Below are positions 27,798 through 40,183 of a stretch of DNA of 64,000 bases, in pieces (the stretch's first letter is position 1; each line of letters opens with the position of its first letter). Origin of the DNA: Chrysomallon squamiferum (Eukaryota; Animalia; Mollusca); the NCBI GenBank assembly GCA_012295275.1, contig CM022668.1, positions 5,890,001 to 5,954,000 of the forward strand, written 5' to 3'. Below the pieces are notes generated by a model. The model did no database searches, was not told the origin of the DNA, and saw only the letters and a list, made by a program, of their open reading frames with translations. The position numbers were made by a program, and so were the translations under genes.

Positions 27798-28525
27798 CTT
27801 TGAGCAATTATTAAACGTTGTAGTTTTCTTCTTCATATTTTCTTTCAGATAAACGATTTAATAATAAAAATAACAACATGATCAGTACATTCTCACCAGC
27901 AAGTTATTCTATAGTTATACTTTATTATTAGGAAAGACTGTAAAAAATATAACAGTAACCTTCATACAAATAAATAAAATCGACGATAACTTTTGTCATA
28001 TTATCGTCGTCGACCACGTACCTGATCCAACATCGGCGTCGTCACCGGCTTCACGTCTCACTCGATGAAAACCAAACTCGTTTTCGAAATTATCGGCATC
28101 GCCATGAATCGTAAAAACCAAATCGTCGAAATCGCCGATATGTTCGATAACTCTGTCGCGCATTCCCCTGTCAGAATTATCGCCATTTTCCGGAACCGCG
28201 TCTTCTTCTTCTTTGAATTCGGTATTTTCCGTGATCCTCTCGTAAGTCTCGAATTCTGCGTCACCGGTTTTTTCTAATAAATGTCGAGCTACGACTGGTC
28301 GCAGGTTGTCATTATTTCTAGTATCTGTAATAAGTAATAAAATGATTATTTATAGTATTTGTAGTAAATGCCAATGCATAATAAATGATAAAAATAACTG
28401 TATATAAAAAAAAAAAAAAAAAATAAAAAAATTAAAAATTAAAGATGGAGGGAATGATGACCAAATACATATGAAGACTGTGTATGATTTATCGTTATTT
28501 TTATTATTAGTAGTAGTAGTAATAA

Positions 28526-28558
<33 letters not shown>

Positions 28559-31062
28559 CAGTAGCAGTAGTAGTAGTAGTAGGGATAGTAGTAGTATATT
28601 TTGTTGCTATTGTTGTACTAGTAGTAACAGTAACAGTAATATTAGATGCAGTTGTTGTAGTAAAAGTTGTAGTAGACGTTCAAGTAATTGTAACAGAAGC
28701 AGTCGTTGTTGTTGTAGCAGCTCTAGCTGTTGTAGTGGTTGTTGTTGTAGTAAAGTAATAGTAGTTTCTGCTGATGCTGATGTCGATTTTTGTTGTTACA
28801 GCTTTGTAATTTTACTTACTTATGTATTTAATTATTTAAAGATATACATTTAGTTATTTAAAGATATACATTTTATTATTTAAATAGATATACATTTAGT
28901 TATTTAAAGATATACATTTAATTATTTAAATGGATATACATTTAATACACTTTAAAAGTTTAATCTTTTACGGCGGTTTAATATGCTTATGAACTATACA
29001 GATACTCAAAGAAGAAACTCATTACAGTCACCCATTATTGTCACCCATTACTGTCACCCACTGTGTTATTATTTTTCGATTAAAGCAAAGTACCTATTAA
29101 ATGAAATTTATCAGTAACAAGATACTACATACCACTGATTTTTTATATTTCACGCTAGACTTACTGGAGTCAGTAACATTTTTGTTTTTCAGTCTTCTAA
29201 TTTTTTTTATCTTTCATACATTCATTCGTTCATTCATTCATTCATTATTTATTTATTTATTTTTTTTTTTTTTTTTTTTGTATGTGTTTGTTTTGTTTTT
29301 TGTTTGTTTGTTTTTGTCTTTTTACCTATCGAAAATATTAATCTATATGGATAAAGTATGAGTTGTTTTTGTCTTGATTGTTTTTCTTTCGTTCAACTTT
29401 TAAAATTTTAATTTTTTTTTAAAACTTTTTATATTCTTTGAAACCCAATAATTTTTAATAAACAAAAAACCACTGTGAACAAACTATCTCTGACAAAATC
29501 TTTCTTTTTTTTTTTTTTTTTTTTCTCTTATCTATTACTTTATCAAGTTAAATGCAGGACAGGTTTTTAATTTAATTTGACAGTGTGACACCGTGGGAAT
29601 ATATATACGTCTGCAAAGACATGTCTACTTCTTCTGGGTTTTTTTTTTTTCTTTCTTTCTTTTCTTTCTTTCTTTCTTTTCATTTTTTCTTTCTTTTTGT
29701 TCAAATGCTTTCAAAACGTAGCTATTAAACAAGTTCACCCCAGTCATGCTGTCTTTATTTTTCGATGTTAATTATTTCGCTTAAACCCTATGAAAACGAT
29801 ATTTTACACCAGCAAGTGATAAAGTGCTTTGAGTAATAATGACCTTGCCTGTTTCAATCTCGCCCAATCTGACCTGGAAACTGCGCGCGATGCATTACAT
29901 CACGTGATCTATACCTGGGGTACTGAATACAGTATGTGTTTTCCAGTGTATAGAAAGGTGCTTTTGAACTATCGTGCGAAGTATTAAGTTGATTACGATT
30001 TGTATGTGAGTGCGTGTATTTGTGTTTGTTATTTATTTATTTATCACTACTACTACCACTACTGCTATTGCTGCTGCTACTACTACTACTAGTAGTAATT
30101 TTATTGTTGTTGTTATTATTATTATTATTATTGTATGTGTGAGTATGTATCTGTATGTATAAGTATGTATTATGTATGTGTGAGTATGTATCTGTATGTA
30201 TAAGTATGTATTATGTATGTGTGAGTATGTATCTGTACGTATAAGTATGTATTATGTATGTGTGAATGTATATATGTATGTATGTATGTGTATGTGTGTG
30301 TATGTGTGTGTGTATATATTTAATATTTCATACCTTGTTTTTCTAGAACATTCTCCATTTTCTTCTTATCTTGATTTGGAACATTTAAAGAATGTATTCT
30401 TTTGTCAGAGTTTGCCAAATTGGCGTTAGGTTTAGGTTTCACTGGTATAGGTTTGGTATTTTTGGCACTAGGTTTAGTTTTTATTGGAATCAGTTCCTCG
30501 GACTTCAGCAAACAGTCAACGTCTTTCTCCGTGTCGCAGTCTACATGGGCAGCATCTTCTACAACGGCACCAGCAGAAGAAAAGAAAAAACATTGTCAAT
30601 ATATATTTCTGAAATACGCCCCAAAGTGATAAAATATGAAGAAGAAAAAATAAACAAGCAAGAAAAGAAGATAACCGGGGAAAATACAAAATAATATAAA
30701 AAAAAAGAAAAAAAAAAAAGAACAGCTACTAATTATAAAACACAAAGAAGATGAAGAAGAAAATGAAGAGGAAGAAGAACAACAACAACAATAAGAATAA
30801 GAAGAAGGAAAAAACGAAAGCAGAAAAGAAGAAAATAATGTTGATGATGATGATGACGTGATGATCACAACGACGACAACGAAGAAGAAGAAGAAAATAA
30901 AGAAGAACTTTTTTTTACAATTATCGATTTTTCTAATCTCTTTTTCCTTTCTACAATTGCACACTAATAAAATATATTTTGATGTTTCTAAAAAGTCCCT
31001 GAATTTGAATTTTATTCACATAATCTGTTCGCTATAATGAGTCATTCCACAATTCATTTTAC

Positions 31063-31113
<51 letters not shown>

Positions 31114-31114
31114 T

Positions 31115-31145
<31 letters not shown>

Positions 31146-32135
31146 AATAAATAAATAAATAAATTGCTTTTCTTTTTTATTTTAAAATTTAAAAATTCAT
31201 AGAACATGAAAAACCATCAAACTGAATTTTTAAATAATAAGAGACAAGAACAACAAAGTCTTTCTAACTAACGAACGTCTAAATCTTTCACACTAACCAT
31301 TTTCTTGCAAATCTTCCGTGTTTGTCTTTTCACGGAAACTCTTGCGCTCAACGTCGTCCTCATTCTTTTCTGTTGAAGGACGAACGTTAACGACAACGTT
31401 GTCGACGTTGTTCTTAGGCAAGAGTTCTTCCGACTCCAGCTCGTGTTTGATGTCCTGCGTGGCCATTTTGTCCCTCCCCGTACGCTTCTGCGCATGCTCA
31501 GCTTTTTTGATGTCTGTAAAAAAAATTCAAAAATAAGAAGCTGAAATTTATGAAGATTTTCTTCAAACCTGAACTGACCATAGATATACCGTGACCATTA
31601 CTATTTCTACTGCTACTACTACTGTTTTGACTATTACTACTACTACTTCTATTTATACTGTTTCCACTACGTCTAACATAATTCATTCTACTACTACTAC
31701 TGCTGTTTCCTCCACTGCTACTACGATACTTCAGATACTACCTCTAATACAACTACGTAATTCCACACAGTTACAACCATTATTTCTACCACTACGACTA
31801 CATATTCTACTGCAACTACGTGCAACTCTTGCTCTTATTTTTACTACTGTTATTACAATAACGAACACTAATACTGCTACTACAACAATTAATACTAATA
31901 TTAAAACTGATACTTTTAACTACTGTTAACTTTGGTTTTATGATTACACATATTTTCTGAAATGTTCCAGGAATTACACATACTACGCACACACGCATGC
32001 ACGCACGCACAGACACACATACACATATATATAAACACATAAATACTGGGTCTTTTCATTATTATTATTATTATGATTATTATTGTTATTATCAATTCAT
32101 TACCATGATTATTATTATTATTATTATTATTATTA

Positions 32136-32187
<52 letters not shown>

Positions 32188-33265
32188 CAACACTTACCAG
32201 CTGTCTCATGCTGTGTGGTTTTTCTCGGGTGGAAGTTGGTCGGTTGAATGACCTTGACGTTTTGTTTTGACGTCACCGGAAGTAGTTTCTCTTCTGCTAA
32301 GAAGTCTGATTTCTCCTCCGCCTTCCAATCATCCACGTCGGCCACAAACCACTCGCTGGAGTCTGCGAAACAACAACAACAACGTAACAACACCAACGAC
32401 AACGACAACAACAATAATAACAGTAATAATAATAATAGTAGTAATATTAATAATAATAGTAGTAATATTAATAATAATACTAATATTATTAATGATGATA
32501 ATGACGATGATGTTAAAATGATGATCACACTAGAAATGATGATAATGATGATAATCATGATGATGATGAATATAAAAACGAAACAGACACGCACACGCAC
32601 ACACACTTACGCACCCGACGAACATACGAACATTTATCCTAATAAAATCAAAAAATAAACACACAAAGAGATAAAAATAACAATAAAAATTTAATATTAA
32701 TAAAACTTACATACATACACACACACACATAAGTAAACACACGGATGAATAATAAAAACGTCAAAACGAAACACGACTGAAGTGTTCTTTCTTACAGTGA
32801 TACGGAGCAGACGAGAAACTGCACGTAAGTAAATATTCTGTGTTCAAAAATAAATGATCGGTGAGGACAAATGCGACGTGAACCCTGTTTAGAAATGAAT
32901 TTTTTTACGACTGTGTTTTATTTCTAACAGTTTCGTGTACGAATACATCAAACACGTTACAAAGTTTGCCAACTGCGCAGTCCAGTGTACGGGTTCCTTT
33001 CGGGTCTTCACGTTAAACAGGGCGGTTTTTTATTTTTTTTTTAGAGATTAATATCTTAGCGTAGAAAGAGTGATAATTGTTGTATTGCTTAGTAACCTCG
33101 TTTCCAGTTATCTAGCGACCTAGATATAAACGAAGTCAAAGCAATAAATAAGAAATAAATAACTTTTTTTTTTTCTTTTTTTTTTTTTTGTTCGGCCGCT
33201 ATCTGCTTTCAAAAACTGTTTTACATCGACACCGAAATTGGTAAATCGGTTAATTATACAATATA

Positions 33266-33346
<81 letters not shown>

Positions 33347-33552
33347 TCTGTTTCTTTTTCCCTCTGTCTTTCTCTCTATGTCTATCCCTCTATCCCTCTT
33401 TCTTTCTTTCTTTTTATCTCTCTATCTACAGGTCTATCTATCTCACTTTCTTCCTCTTTCTTTCTCTCTCTATTTATCTATTTATTTCTTTATCTCTTTT
33501 TTTGTCTCCCTCTTTCTCTCTCTCTGTATCACACACACACGCACACACACAC

Positions 33553-33592
<40 letters not shown>

Positions 33593-33744
33593 ACACACAC
33601 AAATCGTTTGATCAGTTATGTATTACATATTATTTGTAAAATTTTAAAACACTCCAAATCATAAGACTTCAAAAAAAGGTTGGTTACGGGAATGTTCCAG
33701 GCATTTTGTCCAATAAAACATGAACGCATACATACTCACCCACA

Positions 33745-33803
<59 letters not shown>

Positions 33804-35793
33804 CACGCACATAACTAATATCTGTACTCAACGCCATACCACACTGAAAGCAATAAAATAAGTTCTTTTTAAACAAGTTTTTTCAAATCGCACTGATAAT
33901 GTCGTTAACGTATTTCATACCTATTCATCTTTGTTCAATCCCTTGATTTGTGGCGACTCCCTGGTTTCAAATCTGTCTCGTTTTATGCATTGAAAAGTTT
34001 TATTAATGTGTTTTTCAGAGCTGGTATTAAAGATTTCTCTATTCGATGCATGAAAAGCTGTTTATTTGTTACGATAATGTTACCCATCTGCGTCACTTCG
34101 TTTACACAACAGTTAATAGATGCGTACATAAGCACAAATATACGTACGTCAATACATACATACATACATACATACACACACACACAAACACGCACACAAT
34201 AAATTTCAATGGATAAAAATTTGATTTACTAAGTTTTTCTCACTCGGACTCTCTAAATAAGTCTTTCAAATCAAACAGATACGTACATCTATATACAAAC
34301 GTACAGACATTCATTTATATACCTATACATAGATACATACATACAAACAAGCATAGTAACGTATATAATCTACCAACATACATCCATTTATACAACTAAG
34401 CATATACAGATACATGTATATTATGTATGTGTAAATAAATACATCTACGTTTATGTATTTTCCAAAATTCTTATCGAAAATTCCTCTCTTATCACAGCCT
34501 TTGAAACTCTAAGATTACCTAAATGTATTATTATTATATATAAACCATTAATCTGTATGCGCCTCGAAGTAATAAACGCTAGTTCTAGTGAGTCGTAAAA
34601 ATATAAAAATATTGACGGTTTATCTGTAAAATAAATAACTGAGGGGCTCGCTACGTAAATTTGGATCCAAATAAGTTGGCCCACACAGTTATCTCTTTTT
34701 TTTTTCTTTTTTTTTTTTTTTTTTGGCATGCGAAAATCACGTGTTGTTCGTGCATCAGATAAAACATAAAGCTGTGCATTTCAGACATGAAATGGAACAT
34801 AAAGAAAATCACGTGCCATGCTTCACGACAACTGTTCAAGACCACTGCTTCGGTTATGCGTTATGTAGAGTACATCTATGTATAAGAGGCACTCAATACT
34901 CGAAGTAATCAAGGTGCTCTGAAAACCCGGATCTGGCCCTGACTATACGCGAACATTCAGAACATTGTTTTTGTCATGCGAGGAAACGTGTTCTGAGATT
35001 TGTAAGAATTCAGAAGTCTAGATTTTACTGACAAAGGTCTAAGTTTCAGAATCAGTGAGGAACTGAATTTAAAACTCGTGTTATACAAACATTAGATTTT
35101 ATTTAGAATGATCAGAAGAATTATTGTTAATCACGATTTTCAGTTATATTTTATTATTGTTATTGCTGTATCTTTATATTTCTTCTTAGTAAATTTATCA
35201 CTAAGATCTTTATGGTTATTAATGTTCCAGTTTGTTTCTTTGTTGTTTTTGTTTTTTATTATTTGCTCGTTTATCTATCTATTTAGCTGCATTTATTGTT
35301 TGTTTGTTTAATTATTAAATTTTTATTTTATTCGTGCATTTTCGCAGTTCTCTCTACAATATCCATCAGTTAAGATAGTAAAAAAAAAATAATTTAAATT
35401 TATTTTAATTTAAACAATTAATTTTTGATATTTAATCTTCAATAGATTTTTTTTTTTTTTTCTATTTATTACTATTTTACCTTTCTTCAAACGATTGGAA
35501 ATTTTAGATTAGCTAAGCGTAAAAAATTACGAAACTGAATTAAATTTCAATAAAAGTTAAAAATATTAGTATTTTTTTTTTGTCTCTCTTCTGTTGTTTT
35601 TTTTTCTCATTCTTTTTTTTTCGCACATTCAATTTAAATATTTTATTTCTTTGTCATGTTTATTGATTATTTCGTAATTTTTCTCTTTTTTTTTTTAAAC
35701 TGAAAAGTTTGAGTCGACATTAACTGTGAAAAAGAGCAAAAGAGAAAACAAATCAATAAAACACGCACGCACGCACATACTCCTGCATACTTT

Positions 35794-35861
<68 letters not shown>

Positions 35862-36265
35862 TACACACACAATGCTGTATTCGACCATGTATCTTCCATG
35901 ATTCAAACCGTATGATTTAAAAATATATATATTTTTTAAAATAAATATATATTTAAAGAAATAAATTATATTTAAATTACGACGTTGTCCATAAAGTATA
36001 TTAAAAACAAAAGAAGTTTTGAACGAATTACAGTAAAAAAAAAAAAAAAAAAAAAAAACTGATCCACGTTTCCATATCTCCTAATTTACAAAATTTAAAA
36101 TAAAAATAAAAAAATTAAAGAAGATAAAACAATCAGTCATCTGCCTTAACTTTGACAGGTGTAACGACAACTGAAAAGTGAAATAACAAATTGACCATTA
36201 GATTCCTCACCTTGCGAAGATACCAAACTAATCCAGAGAATTATAACAGTAGTCAAAAGAGGCAT
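22866..36265 (-). CDS. Type I membrane SEA-like/EGF mucin-like protein, ~633 aa; complement join(36211..36265,32198..32362,31298..31513,30334..30558,28022..28324,27625..27669,27083..27189,26522..26589,25622..25818,24936..25119,24288..24452,23364..23451,22866..22949)
   Basis: 13 exons with GT-AG boundaries chain in phase without internal stops (1902 nt). Signal peptide MPLLTTVIILWISLVSSQ, RVRR, SEA-like region, CENGGEC...C-C...YTGVFCE EGF, TM IVGVSLGAVLVAAALTSCCVYLVFC followed by RR. The SEA call comes from architecture, not a profile search. Extra exons in the larger introns cannot be excluded. Confidence 0.78.
23364..23451 (-). CDS. SEA/EGF gene exon 12, cytoplasmic
   Basis: tttttag|G AAC ATG GAC TAC...CCC GTG|gtgagt. 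Confidence 0.8.
24288..24452 (-). CDS. SEA/EGF gene exon 11, end of EGF plus TM helix
   Basis: gtttcag|G TGT GGC...GAC AA|gttagt; CGKSYTGVFCE...IVGVSLGAVLVAAALTSCCVYLVFCRR. Confidence 0.88.
24936..25119 (-). CDS. SEA/EGF gene exon 10, EGF-like
   Basis: atttcag|...|gtaagt; NPCEAENPCPDGYNNC...CENGGECQLDKSFQPFC. Confidence 0.88.
25622..25818 (-). CDS. SEA/EGF gene exon 9
   Basis: tttcaag|G AAT TTT...ACT C|gtgagc; NFENRIRADYDLWL... Confidence 0.82.
26522..26589 (-). CDS. SEA/EGF gene exon 8
   Basis: ttttcag|TTA GAG...GAC AA|gtaagt; LEKAFENVTGFHKLEVKKVYLD. Confidence 0.8.
27083..27189 (-). CDS. SEA/EGF gene exon 7 (start of SEA-like region)
   Basis: ttcacag|...AAG AAG|gtgaga; LKYKIKLSLMLQTPY...YIRLFQKK. 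Confidence 0.8.
27625..27669 (-). CDS. SEA/EGF gene exon 6 (45 nt)
   Basis: cttcag|GT GTC GGT ACG CCT...GAA G|gttcgt; VGTPSPYSPSATNE. Confidence 0.65.
28022..28324 (-). CDS. SEA/EGF gene exon 5, acidic, RVRR
   Basis: attacag|...|gtacgt, 303 nt, phase 1-1; ...ENEFGFHRVRREAGDDADVGS. Confidence 0.8.
28320..28493. repeat. dispersed ~170-bp repeat, copy 1 (other copy 45218..45375)
   Basis: Shared AGTATCT(G/A)TAATAA...TAGTATTTGTAGTAAATGC...GGAGGGAATG...ATATGAAGACTGTGTATGATTTATC; both copies followed by (TAT)n(TAG)n. Confidence 0.85.
30334..30558 (-). CDS. SEA/EGF gene exon 4
   Basis: gttgtag|...|gtatga, 225 nt, phase 1-1; DAAHVDCDTEKDVDCLLKSEELIP... Confidence 0.7.
31298..31513 (-). CDS. SEA/EGF gene exon 3
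   Basis: ttttacag|...|gttagt, 216 nt, phase 1-1; IKKAEHAQ...LESEELLP...LQEN. Confidence 0.75.
32198..32362 (-). CDS. SEA/EGF gene exon 2
   Basis: tttcgcag|...|gtaagt, 165 nt, phase 1-1; SSEWFVADVDDW...LAEEKLLP. Confidence 0.75.
36211..36265 (-). CDS. SEA/EGF gene exon 1, signal peptide
   Basis: ATG CCT CTT TTG ACT ACT GTT ATA ATT CTC TGG...CAA G|gtgagg. Confidence 0.65.
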
Positions 36266-37104
36266 CGAAAACTTGTGTATATTTTTGTGTAACCCTTTTC
36301 AGTTTCCAGGCAACTTGCAACTAACACAGTTACCATGCCGTATGTTTACATATAGTACGTATCAGCGTGTGTCCGTAACAGCGTGTGTTCATCGACTTGT
36401 CTGTCATGTGCCTTGTTACGTTATGATTCGAGTGGCTACCGGCGGGGCTCAAAACCCGCCATTCTTTAGCTCCTGCTTGCTTTTTATACGTTTCCATTAA
36501 TAAACCTATTATTCCTCGACAAAGACTGCTGTCAGATTTATTTAAATGAATGCTCCCGGTGCTACGTCATAATTAGCGTTTCATTGCCTGAAAGTATTTA
36601 GAATTTTTAAAAATTTTCTTTCACACCCCTTTTCCGTGAACGTAATTTGATATTCAAATGGGCGTGCGGCTTGTAAACAAGGTTACCCAGTCTTCGTGCT
36701 TAACCTTAGTCCGTTAGCCAGTATTAAACCAGAGGCGTGGCTAATTGGTTCGAGTCACTGACAAAAAAAGAAAAAAGAGCGAGAGAGAGAGAGAGAAAAC
36801 GTTCAAGACAATCTTGTAAATAAATGTGCAACGTGTAGAAACCGGCATGTAGCTGACGTGTGTAATACATTGCAGATTTGGTAGGATAAGAGATATATTA
36901 AATGTTGTCAATAAAAGCTCGGTGCATCGGTTAGTTTTTTTTTTTTATTCTTCTTTCTTCTCGCTGTGAGATTCTTTTATCTGTTCAGCTCGACGTAAAA
37001 AAGTCGCAACGTTTAGTAAGCGAGTCGCAGTTTTTTTTTTTTTCAGTTTTCATCAACGACTGGTTAATTTTTGTTACGTGACAGAGCCTTGTATTGTCGT
37101 TGTT

Positions 37105-39990
37105 TTAGTTTTAATACGTGTATCTTTGGTTTTTCGTATAATTTGTGTTTCTGTGGTTTTTCTGTTTAATTCTTGTCTCTTTAGTTTGTAGCTGAATTTA
37201 TGTCTCTTTAGGTTTCTGTTCAATTCGTGTCTCTCTAGTTTTTCTTTTAATTTTTGTCGCTTTAAATTTTCGTTTAATTCTTGTCTCTTTAAATGTTCCT
37301 TTAATTTGTGTCTCTTTAAATTTTCGTTTAATTTGTCTCTCTTTAGTTTTTCGATTAATTCATGTCTCTTTTGTTTTCGTTTAATTCTTGTCTCTTTTAA
37401 TTTCGTTTATTTCGTGTCTCTTCAAATTTTCGTTCAATTCATGTCTTTTTAGTTTTTCGTTTAATTCTTATCTCTTTGGTTTTTCGTTTAATTCTTGTCA
37501 CTTTCGATGTTCGTTTAATTCTTGTCTCTTTAGTTTTTCGTTTAATTAATGTCTCTTTATATTTTCGTTTTGTTCGTGTCTCTTTTGTTTTTCGTTTTAA
37601 TTCTTGTCTCTTTAGGTTTGCGTTTAATTCTTGTCTTATTAGTTTTTCGTATAATTCTTGTATCATTAGTTTTATATTTAATTTGTGTCTGTTTAGTTTT
37701 TCGTTTAAGTACTGACTCTTTAGTTTTTCGTTTAATTCTTGTCTCTTTAGTTTTTCGCTTTATTCTTCTCTTTGGTTTTACGTTTAATTCTTGTCTCTTT
37801 AGTTTATCGTTTAATTCATGTCTCTTTGGTTTTTCGCTTTATTCTTCTCTTTGGTTTTACGTTTAATTCTTGTCTCTTTAGTTTTTCGTTTAATTCATGT
37901 CTCTTTAGTTTTTCGCTTTATTCTTCTCTTTGGTTTTACGTTTAGTTCTTGTCTCTTTAGTTTTTCGTTTAATTCATGTCTCTTTGGTTTTACGTTTAAT
38001 TCTTGTCTCTTTTAATTTCGTTTATTTCGTGTCTCTTCAAATTTTCGTTTAATTCTTGTCTCTTTAGGTTTTCGTTTAATTGTTGTCTTATTAGTTTTTC
38101 GTATAATTCTTGTATCATTAGTTTTATATTTAATTTGTGTCTGTTTAGTTTTTCGTTTAATTCTTGTCTCTTTAGTTTTTCGTTTAATTCTTGTCTCTTT
38201 AGTTTTTCGTTTAATTCATGTCTCTTTAAATTTTCGTTTAATTCGTGTCTCTTTTGTTTTTCGTTTAATTCTTGTCTCTTTAGGTTTTCCTTTAATTCTT
38301 GTCTCTTTTAATTTCGTTTATTTCGTGTCTCTTCAAATTTTCGTTTAATTCTTGTCTCTTTAGGTTTTCGTTTAATTGTTGTCTTATTAGTTTTTCGTAT
38401 AATTCTTGTATCATTAGTTTTATATTTAATTTGTGTCTGTTTAGTTTTTCGTTTAATTCTTGTCTCTTTAGTTTTTCGTTTAATTCTTGTCTCTTTAGTT
38501 TTTCGTTTAATTCTTGTCTCTTTTAATTTCGTTTATTTCGTGTCTCTTCAAATTTTCGTTTAATTCTTGTCTCTTTAGGTTTTCGTTTAATTGTTGTCTT
38601 ATTAGTTTTTCGTATAATTCTTGTATCATTAGTTTTATATTTAATTTGTGTCTGTTTAGTTTTCGTTTAATTCTTGTCTCTTTAGTTTTTCGTTTAATTC
38701 TTGTCTCTTTAGTTTTTCGTTTAATTCATGTCTCTTTAAATTTTCGTTTAATTCGTGTCTCTTTTGTTTTTCGTTTAATTCTTGTCTCTTTAGGTTTTCG
38801 TTTAATTGTTGTCTTATTAGTTTTTCGTATAATTCTTGTATCATTAGTTTTATATTTAATTTGTGTCTGTTTAGTTTTTCGTTTAAGTACTGACTCTTTG
38901 GTTTTACGTTTAATTCTTGTCTCTTTAGTTTTTCGTTTAATTCATGTCTCTTTAGTTTTTCGCTTTATTCTTCTCTTTGGTTTTACGTTTAGTTCTTGTC
39001 TCTTTAGTTTTACGTTTAATTCTTGTCTCTTTAGTTTTTCGTTTAATTCTTGTCTCTTTAGTTTTTCGTTTAATTCTTGTCTCTTTAGTTTTTCGTTTAA
39101 TTCTTGTCTCTTTTAATTTCGTTTATTTCGTGTCTCTTCAAATTTTCGTTCAATTCATGTCTTTTTAGTTTTTCGTTTAATTCTTATCTCTTTGGTTTTT
39201 CGTTTAATTCTTGTCACATTCGATGTTCGTTTAATTCTTGTCTCTTTAGTTTTTCGTTTACTTCATGTCTCTTTAAATTTTCGTTTAATTCGTGTCTCTT
39301 TTGTTTTTCGTTTAATTCTTGTCTCTTTAGGTTTTCGTTTAATTGTTGTCTTATTAGTTTTTCGTATAATTCTTGTATCATTAGTTTTATATTTAATTTG
39401 TGTCTGTTTAGTTTTTCGTTTAATTCTTGTCTCTTTAGTTTTTCGTTTAATTCTTGTCTCTTTAGTTTTTCGTTTAATTCATGTCTCTTTGGTTTTTCGC
39501 TTTATTCTTCTCTTTGGTTTTACATTTAATTCATGTCTCTTTGGTTTTACGTTTAATTCATGTCTCTTTGGTTTTACGTTTAATTTTTGTCTCTTTAGTT
39601 TTTTATTTAATTTGTGTCTCTTTACTTTTTTTTTTAATTCTTGTCTCTTTAGTTTTACGTTTAACTTGTGTCTGTTTAGTTTTTCGCTTAGTTCATGTCT
39701 CTTTAGTTTTTCGTTTAATTCTTGTCTCTTTTAATTCCGTTTATTTCGTGTCTCTTCAAATTTTCGTTTTATTCGTGTCACTTTAGTTTTTCGTTTAATT
39801 CATGTCTCTTTTGTTTATCGTTTAATTCTTGTCTCTTTAGTTTTATATTTAATTTGTGTCTGTTTAGTTTTTCGTTTAATTCTTGTCTTTGGTTTTACGT
39901 TTAATTCTTGTCTCTTTAGGTTTTCGTTTAATTTTTGTCTCTGTAGTTTTTCGTTTAATTCATGTCTCTTTAGTTTTACGTTTAATTTGT
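37105..39990. repeat. 27-bp satellite array (~105 units) with higher-order repeats
   Basis: Consensus TTTAATTCTTGTCTCTTTAGTTTTTCG; variant blocks recur at 215-296 bp spacing. Confidence 0.95.
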
Positions 39991-40127
39991 TTGTGTGTGT
40001 GTTTGTAAGTATTATATCATGTTATGAGAGCTGTGATTTAAAATCTGGTTTCTTTTTAAGATATAATCCTCTTCGAATTAAATGATCGAAGTTACTGGTT
40101 CATATGTATTTTTTTAACTTATTATTA

Positions 40128-40183
<56 letters not shown>

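Noticed and set aside
32796-32884. Extra minus-strand exon candidate (aaacag|GGTTCACG...TCACT|gtaaga) in SEA/EGF intron 1
   Set aside because: 89 nt long, and it has a stop in the frame set by phase-1 exon 1. Not included, though a poison exon cannot be excluded.
37439-39904. ORFs with 9-aa repeats (FSFNSCLFS, RLILVSLVF, KRQELNEKL)
   Set aside because: By-products of a 27-bp satellite; 26-bp units shift the frame repeatedly.
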